From positions 448,001-512,000 of the forward strand of contig CAWDML010000009.1 of the NCBI GenBank assembly GCA_963803435.1: a stretch of 64,000 nt of DNA, given 5' to 3'. The notes under the pieces were generated by a model. It worked only from the letters and a program-made list of their open reading frames with translations, was not told where the DNA came from and did no database searches. Position numbers and translations under genes: made by a program. Positions within the stretch are counted from its first letter, which is position 1; the number at the start of each line of letters is the position of its first letter. Below are positions 19,824 to 27,047 of the stretch, piece after piece. Origin of the DNA: an uncultured delta proteobacterium. GTDB taxonomy: Bacteria; Myxococcota; Kuafuiibacteriia; Kuafuiibacteriales; Kuafuiibacteriaceae.

Positions 19824-21622
19824 CAGGCCGCCTCGGGCTCGACGATCCTCCGGGCGGGCACGCGGGCGCCGACGCTCTGGCCTGCGGGGAGGAACTGACC
19901 GAAGCCCACGTCCCGCCCGAACGACGGCACGGCGGCGCCGTCCTCGAAGGCGACCCGGCCGTTGACGAGGACCGCGCGGACGACGCCGTCGCTGCGGTTG
20001 ACCATTCGCATGATTCCGCCGAGCTCCGTCATCGGCGCCTCGTGATACTGACAGAGGCGATCGTCCAGCGCGGTGGGATCGACGATCACGACGTCGGCGC
20101 GATCCCCGAGGCGCAGGTGACCGGCGTCCACGTCCAGCCAGTCCGCGATCTCGCCGGTGAGGCGCCAGATCGCGGTCTCGATCGGCATCACCGGACGACC
20201 GGATCGCTCCCCGTCCCGCACGATCTTCAGCATCTTCAGCGGGAAGTTGTAGAACGCCATGTTGCGAAGGTGCGCGCCCGAGTCGGCGAAGCCGATCAGC
20301 ACGCCGGGCTCACGGATCATGCGCGCGATCTCCTCGGGTCGATGGTTCGCGATCGTCGTCCGCCAGCGGAGCTTCCTCCCGTGCGCCACCACCAGATCGA
20401 GGAAGGCATCCACCGGATGGAGGCCCCGCTGGTCCGCCACCGCTCCGAACGACAGCCCGACCAGGGTCTCGTCGGGACAGGCGACGATCTCGGTATCGTG
20501 AAAGTCGCGCTGCCACACCCGCGGTCCCCAGCGCTTCTCGTAGTCCTTGCGGAACGAGCGGCGATAGGCCTCGCTCTGCATCAGCTGGCTGCGCTCGAGC
20601 TCGTCGACGAGATGCAGGACGGCTTGCCCGGCGCCGAACTCCTCGAAGACCACCAGGTCGATGCCGTCGGAGTAGACCTCGAAGACCGCCGGGAGCGTCT
20701 GCCAGCGGAGATCGCCGCCGAGGATCCGGTTGGCGAACCGCGTGAGCGTGCCGAGGACGCGGTGCAGGCCGGGTGAGGACTTCGCGTCGGCCAGCGTGAT
20801 CAGCGTGGTCTTGAGCGGCCGCCCGCGGAACAGACCGGCGCTCTCGAGGAGGAAGAGGAGCGCGTTGACCTTGGTGGTGATGTTGGGCGCCGACTGAAGG
20901 ATCTTGCCGCGGCGGCGCAGGATCGCGTGCAGACGCCGATACTCCTTCCAGCCGGCGTAGGTGGAGGGGAGCGCCTTGGAGCGCTGGCGATCGCCGTCGA
21001 GCTTGTCCCAGGGGTTCGTCATCGTCGACAGGCCGAGGAGCCCCTGGTCGAGGGCGTCCTCCAGGCAGCGCTCCATCTCGATCAGCTCAGGCTCGCTGGG
21101 CTGGGCGCGGGCGTCGACGGCGCGGTTCAACCCCATGACGCGGACGCGGAGATCGGAGTGTCCGAGGAACGCGGTCACGTTGGGACCCAGGGGATGCGCC
21201 CGGAGAAAGTCGACGTATTGGGAGGGGGAGCTCCAGCGCTTCTTCGCGCGAAGGAGCGGAAGGACCTGCTCGCGGGGCACCGACTCGACGCGCGTGAAGA
21301 GATCGGAACAGTCGTCGGCGTCCGAGAGGATCGTGCTGATCGAGCAGCTACCGACGGTGACGGTGGTGACGCCGTGGCGGACGGATTCGGTGAGGGCCGG
21401 CGCGGCCAGCAGCTCGGCGTCGTAGTGCGTGTGGAGATCGAGGAAGCCGGGCATGACCCAGCAGCCCTTCGCGTCGATCACCCGGACCGTGTCCGAAGGA
21501 TCGAGCGGGGTCTCGCTGATCGCGGCCACCGCACCGTCTCGAAGGCCCAGATGGCGGATCGCGCCCGGCGCGCCCGAGCCGTCGAAGCAGAGACCATTCT
21601 GGACGATGACGTCATAACCCAT
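19823..21622 (-). CDS. N-acyl-D-amino-acid deacylase family amidohydrolase
   Basis: PGFLDLHTHYD, HGVTTV, DSGAHL, GDRADVVIVDP motifs. Confidence 0.85.
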   Translation of the reverse strand: MGYDVIVQNGLCFDGSGAPGAIRHLGLRDGAVAAISETPLDPSDTVRVIDAKGCWVMPGFLDLHTHYDAELLAAPALTESVRHGVTTVTVGSCSISTILSDADDCSDLFTRVESVPREQVLPLLRAKKRWSSPSQYVDFLRAHPLGPNVTAFLGHSDLRVRVMGLNRAVDARAQPSEPELIEMERCLEDALDQGLLGLSTMTNPWDKLDGDRQRSKALPSTYAGWKEYRRLHAILRRRGKILQSAPNITTKVNALLFLLESAGLFRGRPLKTTLITLADAKSSPGLHRVLGTLTRFANRILGGDLRWQTLPAVFEVYSDGIDLVVFEEFGAGQAVLHLVDELERSQLMQSEAYRRSFRKDYEKRWGPRVWQRDFHDTEIVACPDETLVGLSFGAVADQRGLHPVDAFLDLVVAHGRKLRWRTTIANHRPEEIARMIREPGVLIGFADSGAHLRNMAFYNFPLKMLKIVRDGERSGRPVMPIETAIWRLTGEIADWLDVDAGHLRLGDRADVVIVDPTALDDRLCQYHEAPMTELGGIMRMVNRSDGVVRAVLVNGRVAFEDGAAVPSFGRDVGFGQFLPAGQSVGARVPARRIVEPEAA

Positions 21623-21639
21623 GGAGATCGCGTTGTAAC

Positions 21640-21665
21640 TTAGAAAGCGATTGCTCGCAATCTAA
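21640..21665. promoter_or_regulatory. Imperfect palindrome, candidate TetR operator
   Basis: TTAGAAAGCGATTGCTCGCAATCTAA (18/26 self-complementary positions) in an AT-rich patch just upstream of the deacylase-tetR operon. Confidence 0.5.
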
Positions 21666-21676
21666 ATATTCGGCGG

Positions 21677-22522
21677 GTGGGAGAAAGGTCGCCTATCCTC
21701 CGGCCGGTGAGCGACCGATCGAGGGCATCGTCAGGAACGGGGCAGGGCTTCTGGATCGCGCTGGTCGCGGTCCTCGTGGTGGCGGCCGGCGGGCTGATCT
21801 ACTGGCGGATGGGGAAGACGGAGGCGGTGGCGCCGACGATCGCCGACGCGGGCGCGAGGGTCGAAGCACCTCCGCCCGTGCTGGAGGACGCGGGTCCCGA
21901 GGGTGAGACCGCCGAGACGCCCACTCCGCGGCCGGACGCGGACGCGCTGCTCCGGCGGCTGGCGGCGGGGGCCTCGGCCTCGAAGCAGCTCGAAGAGTGG
22001 CTGTCGGCGCCCGGCATCCTCCAGCGGATCGCCGCCTCGGTGCGGTTGATCGCGGCCGGTCAGAGCCCGCGCTCGGTGCTGTCGTTCATCGAGATCGACG
22101 GCGACTTCGCGGTGCAGGAGCCGAAGCAGTATGGCGGACGGCTCTACATCGCGCCCGCCTCGTACGCACGCTACGACGGCGTGATCGGTTCGTTCACCTC
22201 GATCGATCCGGACTATCTGGCGAAGAGCTATCGCCAGCTTCGACCCTATCTGGAGACGGCCTACGCGGAGGTGGCCCGGCCTGGGGAGCGGTTCGACGAC
22301 GTGCTCACGGCCGCCATCCAGCGGGTCGTGTCGGTGCATCTCCCGCAGGGACCGATCGCGCTGGTGCCGAAGGGGGCGATCTATGCGTTCGAGGATCCGG
22401 AGCTGGAGGCGCTGACGCCGGCGGAGAAGCACGTGATCCGGTTGGGGCCCAAGAACGCGGAGGCGATCCAGACGCTGCTCCGGCGGTTCGCGTCGTCGGC
22501 GGGGCTGTCCATCGCGCGCTAG
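21677..22522 (+). CDS. DUF3014 family membrane-anchored protein
   Basis: N-terminal TM; SYARYD, LRPYLETAYAEV, YAFEDPELEALTPAEKHVIRLGPKN. Its TAG stop is part of the CTAG at the mobile-element boundary. Confidence 0.8.
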   Translation: MGERSPILRPVSDRSRASSGTGQGFWIALVAVLVVAAGGLIYWRMGKTEAVAPTIADAGARVEAPPPVLEDAGPEGETAETPTPRPDADALLRRLAAGASASKQLEEWLSAPGILQRIAASVRLIAAGQSPRSVLSFIEIDGDFAVQEPKQYGGRLYIAPASYARYDGVIGSFTSIDPDYLAKSYRQLRPYLETAYAEVARPGERFDDVLTAAIQRVVSVHLPQGPIALVPKGAIYAFEDPELEALTPAEKHVIRLGPKNAEAIQTLLRRFASSAGLSIAR

Positions 22523-22551
22523 GAGCGTGTAGCGCGTAGCGCTACCGCGAG

Positions 22552-22587
22552 CCCGGTCCGGGTCCCGGTCCCGGTCCCGGTCCCGAT
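22552..22587. repeat. Subterminal hexamer array (CCCGGT/CCGGGT)n
   Basis: Read directly; counterparts at 23853-23906, 47534-47570 and 48615-48650. Confidence 0.9.
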
Positions 22588-22592
22588 GGCGA

Positions 22593-22962
22593 TCATGCAG
22601 CCCGGCGTGCGTTCATCGGCCTCATCAAGTCGCGTGGGCATCTCGACAACGCGCTTGAGCTTGGCTCTGGCGGCTTGGACCTTCTGCTCGTTGGGGAGTC
22701 GGCGCCTCAAGCAGGTGTGGAGTGAGGCGGCGCTTTCGGTGCCAGAGCGAAGTGCCATCCGGTAGAAGCGAGCCTTCTCAGGTGGATTGAGCTCTCCGGC
22801 GCCCTCGGCGGTGTTGTTCACGATGGAATCGGATGCCCGCCGAAGCTGATCGCGGACGTGAGCGTGACCGGGTTGCAGTTCTTGTGCGATCTCTTCAGCG
22901 ATGTCGGCCTACTCGACGGCGAGCTGGTAGACCTCGAGCTTCTCGTGATCGAAAGTGACCAT
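22593..22962 (-). pseudogene. Four-helix-bundle protein (23S rRNA IVS protein-like), copy L, nonsense codon
   Basis: MVTFDHEKLEVYQLAVE* (TAG where copy R has TAT), continuing in frame DQLRRASDSIVNNTAEGAG..EKARFYRMALRSGTESAA. Confidence 0.8.
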
Positions 22963-23081
22963 GCAAGCTAGCTTGCGGTAGCTCGTCCACTTTGACCAGC
23001 AGAAGTTCTTGGAGGTCGTTTCGTCTGGAATCGATCGTTGGGCGGATCGACTTCGACGCCTGGACTTGATCCCATGGTTTC

Positions 23082-23939
23082 GTGGCGAAGCAATACCGTT
23101 CTTGGACTCCGAGACAATCGTTCTTGCTCCCGCCGTCCCCTCTCGAGTGGCTCCCAAAAAATCATCTCGCGTACTTCGTCTTGGACGTCGTCGATGAGGT
23201 AGAGCTGAGCGCGATCGAGATCTCGATCCAGTCCAAGGACCCGCGAGGCGAGCGACCGTACTCGGCTCGAATGATGATCGCGCTGCTTCTGTACGCCTAC
23301 TGCACCGGCATCTATTCGTCGCGGAGGATCGCGCGGGCGACCTACGAAGACATTCCATTCCGGGTGCTGGCTGGAGAAAGTCATCCCCACTTCACGACGA
23401 TCAACGAGTTTCGGCTCGTCCACCTGGAGGCACTGAAAGCGCTCTTCCTCGAAGCCCTGAAGCTTTGCCGGAAAGCAGGTTTGGTGCGGCTCGGACACGT
23501 CGCACTCGATGGCTCGAAGGTGCAGGCGAACGCGAGCAAGCACAAGGCGATGACCTACGAGCGGATGGCCGAGGAGGAGAAGCGGCTGTCTCTCGAGATC
23601 GAAGAACTGCTGGAGCGAGCGGGCACGATCGACCAAGAGGAAGACGAGCGGCTCGCCCGCAGGAAGAGTATCGTCGAACCGGCGCTCGGACAGATCAAAG
23701 CGGCACGAGGATTCCGCCGGTTCTCGCTCCGCTCCTTCTTCAAGGTACGAGCCGAGTGGACGCTCGTCTGCCTCACCCACAACCTGCTCAAGCTCTACCG
23801 ATTCGAAGCTCGCGACCGTCGCGAGCGTCTGACTCAAGGCAGCCATCTTCAGATCGGGACCCGGACCGGGACCGGGACCCGGACCGGGACCGGGACCCGG
23901 ACCGGGTCGCGTGAGCGCTTACGCGCTACACGCTCCTAG
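23082..23939 (+). pseudogene. IS1182-family transposase, internally deleted (285 aa)
   Basis: DUF772-like N-terminus (LLPPS..PY..MMIALLLYAYCTGIYSSRRI), DGSKVQANAS joined directly to RRKSIVEP..GFRRFSLR..HNLLKL; central DDE region missing; stop lies in the terminal CTAG. Confidence 0.85.
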
Positions 23940-25120
23940 TCAGCTGGATCACTGATTTCTAGCGCATTTATCCGCGGTGGACCTGCTTTGTGCGTCTGCC
24001 GAAATCCATGATCTTGTCGAGGATCTCGTCGGCCGTCTTCGTCCATACGAAGGGCTTGCCTTCTTCGTTGTGCACTTCGACGTAGTCGACGATCGCCTTG
24101 CGAAGTACCGGGACGCTGGTGTGGGAGCCGCGAGTGAGTGCTTCCTCGGTCAGCAGTGCGAAGAACCGTTCCACCAGGTTTAGCCATGAGGAATAGGTTG
24201 GTGTGAAGTGGAGCTGGAAGCGCGGATTGCGTAGCAGCCACCTCTTAACCTGTGGAGTCTTGTGCGTCGCGAGGTTGTCGAGGATGACGTGAACGTCAAG
24301 TTCCGGCTCTACCGCGTTGTCGATCGTCCCGAGGAATGCGACGAAGTCCTTCGCTCGGTGTCGTGCCTTGGTCTGCGCGATGACCTTGCCCGTGGCGACG
24401 TTGAGGGCGGCGAAGAGGTCGAGCGTTCCGTGGCGGATGTAGTTGTGGGTCTGTCGCTCGGGCATCCCGAGATCCATCGGAAGGATCGGTTGAGCACGCT
24501 CCAGCGCCTGGACCTGCGGCTTCTCGTCGAAGGAGAACACGACAGCGTTGTCGGGCGGGCTCATGTACAGACCGACGACGTCGCGAATCTTCGAGATGAA
24601 CTGCGGATCGTTCGACAACTTGAAACCGCGAACGACGTGGGGCTTGAGGCCATGCGCCCGCCAGATCCGTCCGACGCTACTGGCGCTCACCCCGGCATTC
24701 TTTGCCATCTTCCGCGTGCTCCAATGCGTACGGCCCTTCGGCGTCGTTTCCAGCGTTTGCACCACGATCTCTTCAACCTGATCATCACTGATCTTTCGCG
24801 GAGCGCCGACGCGAGGCTGGTCGTACAGCCCCTCGAGACGGCACTCCGCAAACCGCCTTCTCCACAGACGAACGGTGTGGTGAGACACGTGATGGTTCCG
24901 CGCCACCGCCGCATCGGTCGCGCCAGTGGAACTGCTCAGCACCAGTTTCGCGCGAAGTGCCAGCTGTCGATTCGACCGCACGCGACGAGTCAATCGTTCG
25001 AGCTCGCGCTGTTCGTCGTCAGTCAGCGTGATCTCCGTTTTTCGAGGTCCTTTGTTCGCCCCCACGAACCACGTAGATCACACAAAGGATCTACACGCTA
25101 GAGATTTTGGACCCGGCTGA
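23940..25120 (-). mobile_element. IS630-family insertion sequence, copy L (1181 bp between CTAG sites)
   Basis: Flanked by CTAG at 23936-23939 and 25121-25124; imperfect ~25 bp TIRs TCAGC..TCTAGCG; lower GC than neighbouring genes. Confidence 0.95.
23968..25065 (-). CDS. IS630 transposase
   Basis: HTH, WSTRKMA, FDEK, YIRHGT, LDNLATHK, HFTPTYSSWLNLVE (DDE triad intact). Confidence 0.95.
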   Translation of the reverse strand: MGANKGPRKTEITLTDDEQRELERLTRRVRSNRQLALRAKLVLSSSTGATDAAVARNHHVSHHTVRLWRRRFAECRLEGLYDQPRVGAPRKISDDQVEEIVVQTLETTPKGRTHWSTRKMAKNAGVSASSVGRIWRAHGLKPHVVRGFKLSNDPQFISKIRDVVGLYMSPPDNAVVFSFDEKPQVQALERAQPILPMDLGMPERQTHNYIRHGTLDLFAALNVATGKVIAQTKARHRAKDFVAFLGTIDNAVEPELDVHVILDNLATHKTPQVKRWLLRNPRFQLHFTPTYSSWLNLVERFFALLTEEALTRGSHTSVPVLRKAIVDYVEVHNEEGKPFVWTKTADEILDKIMDFGRRTKQVHRG

Positions 25121-25139
25121 CTAGGCGCCGCGGATCGCT

Positions 25140-26483
25140 TCAGTCGCCGAGATCCGCGGCCTTGATGAGCCGCGCGATGGCGATGTCGTGGTTGCGTAGG
25201 GCCAGGTAGAGCTCGCCCGTGGAGCGCGTGCGTCGCTCGAGCGAGTCCAGCAAGGGCTTGGCGTCGCCGAGCCCGAGCTCGTAGTTGGTGGCGGCCAGCA
25301 CGGTCAGGTTGCGGGCGATGGTCCGGCGCCGCCGCGCCGATTCGAGCCGGGCGCGCGACGAGAGCACCTCGCGGAACGCGTGCTCCACCTCCAACCGGAT
25401 CCCGGCGGCCGCCGCGCGCCGCTGGCTCAACAGCTTGGCGTGCTTGGCCTCGGCCTTGTCGAGCTCTGCGAGCATGCCGAGGTCGAAGTCCCAGCGCAGG
25501 CCGAGCACCACGCCCGGATCGAGGTAGTTGAAGTCGTCGTAGACGAACGGGTTCTTCTGATCGGTCCGGTTGGGGGCCACCGCGTAGCGGAGCAGCCCCA
25601 TGAGGAAGATCGTGGGGAAGAGGTCGGCGCGCCGCTGATCGACGCGGGCCGCCCTGGCCTCGATCGCGCTGGCCAGGCGTGCCAGCTCGGGACGGCGCTC
25701 GACGGCGTGCTCCTGGTAGTAGGCGAGGGCCCGCAGCTCGATCTGAGCCTCGTCGAGGACCTCGGTCGCGGCCAAGGCGAACGGCTCGGTGGAGGCGAGA
25801 CCCATCGCGCGCCGGAGCGCGGCGGAGGAGAGTTGCGCGCCCATCTCCACGCGGAGGCGCTCCGTCCGGATCCCCTCGAGCGCGTACTCGATCTCGAGCA
25901 GGTCGGACTGAGTGACCGAGGCGTTCCCTTCGTTCAGGCGGTCCTTCGCCTTGGCCAGCGCCTTGGTGAGGGCCTTCTCGACGTCGGCGATCTCACCGCC
26001 CAGCTTCTGGTTGAGGAGGAGATCGTAGTACCGTTGCTTGACGTCGAATACGAGCGCCGCCTGCTTCTCCTTTTTCTTGGCGTGCGAGGTCAGAAGACCG
26101 CTCTCGGCCGCGCGGATGCCGGCCGAGATCTTCCCGAACGCATACACCGGCTGCGTCACCCGGAGATCGAGGCGGGTGAACGGGCCGAGACCCTTCAGGT
26201 AGTCGGTCGTACTGTTCGGCGAGGAGATAGCGTCGCCGTGCGCCTCGTTCACGGCGCCGAGGAGCTGCGTGTAGTCGACCCGGGGCCAGCGACCGGACTT
26301 GGCGCGATCGAGATCCGCCTCGGCAATCCGGACGTCGGCCTCGACGACTTCCAGGTCCGGGTTGTGGGCCAGCGCCGCGGAGAGGCACTGCTCGAGCGTG
26401 TAGCCGCCGGTACTGGTGGTGGCCGTGACCGCGCCCTGGAGCGCGAGCGCGAGCGGGAGCGGGATGGCGAGCCACGCGCTCAC
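25140..26483 (-). CDS. TolC-family outer membrane efflux protein
   Basis: TLEQCLSAALAHNPDL, QPVYAFGK, RPEL, two-repeat helical architecture. Confidence 0.85.
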   Translation of the reverse strand: MSAWLAIPLPLALALQGAVTATTSTGGYTLEQCLSAALAHNPDLEVVEADVRIAEADLDRAKSGRWPRVDYTQLLGAVNEAHGDAISSPNSTTDYLKGLGPFTRLDLRVTQPVYAFGKISAGIRAAESGLLTSHAKKKEKQAALVFDVKQRYYDLLLNQKLGGEIADVEKALTKALAKAKDRLNEGNASVTQSDLLEIEYALEGIRTERLRVEMGAQLSSAALRRAMGLASTEPFALAATEVLDEAQIELRALAYYQEHAVERRPELARLASAIEARAARVDQRRADLFPTIFLMGLLRYAVAPNRTDQKNPFVYDDFNYLDPGVVLGLRWDFDLGMLAELDKAEAKHAKLLSQRRAAAAGIRLEVEHAFREVLSSRARLESARRRRTIARNLTVLAATNYELGLGDAKPLLDSLERRTRSTGELYLALRNHDIAIARLIKAADLGD

Positions 26484-26489
26484 GGTCGG

Positions 26490-27047
26490 TCACTCACTGT
26501 CGCCCTCGAGCTTGCTCTTCATCCGCGAGAGGAGTCCGGCGAACGAGTCTTCCGCGAGGATCTTCTGCACCTGCGAGCGCAGGTTCATGCGCAGGCTGAC
26601 GCCGTCGAGCAGGACGTCGGTGATCGTGCCGTGCTCGACGTGGTACTCGATGACGACCCGTCCCTCGTCCTTCGAGACGACGGACGTGGTCACGACCGCC
26701 GTGTCGCCGTCGTGCTTCTCGCGCTCGATCTCGACCGTGAGACCTTCGAAGAAGGTGCCTGCCTTGGCGAAGGCGCGGCGCTCCAGGAGCTTGGTCAGCA
26801 GGTCGACGAACGCCTCCCGTTCCCCGCCGGACAGCGTGTCCCAGCGACCGGCGAGCGCGAAGCGGGACAGCTGAGAGACGTCGACGAGCCGATGGGTGGT
26901 GGCAATCGCGTGCCTCTTGGCGGCGGCCGGGGCGGCGTCGGAGGCCATCGTCTTCACCGCGTCGAGGAGCGCCTGCACGGTGGCCTCGGGCGCGTCCGGG
27001 GCGGGCGCGGAGACGAGCAGCATCGAGATGAGGATCGCCTTGCTCAC
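26490..27047 (-). CDS. hpnM: HpnM/MlaC-like periplasmic lipid-binding protein
   Basis: GTG 27047; LSRFALAGRW..EREAFVDL, ITDVLLDGVSL; directly downstream of the MMPL gene in a hopanoid cluster. Confidence 0.7.
   Translation of the reverse strand: MSKAILISMLLVSAPAPDAPEATVQALLDAVKTMASDAAPAAAKRHAIATTHRLVDVSQLSRFALAGRWDTLSGGEREAFVDLLTKLLERRAFAKAGTFFEGLTVEIEREKHDGDTAVVTTSVVSKDEGRVVIEYHVEHGTITDVLLDGVSLRMNLRSQVQKILAEDSFAGLLSRMKSKLEGDSE

Larger units (their letters stand above)
22519..23939. mobile_element. Non-autonomous IS1182-family element, copy L, with four-helix-bundle passenger
   Basis: Ends CTAGGAGCGTGTAGCGCGTA... and ...TACGCGCTACACGCTCCTAG are inverted repeats extended by CCCGGT/CCGGGT arrays; contains a deleted transposase and a divergent passenger gene. 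Confidence 0.85.

Noticed and set aside
22593-22962. Diversity-generating retroelement suggested by the Avd-like fold
   Set aside because: No reverse transcriptase and no template/variable repeat pair with adenine-specific differences in the window.
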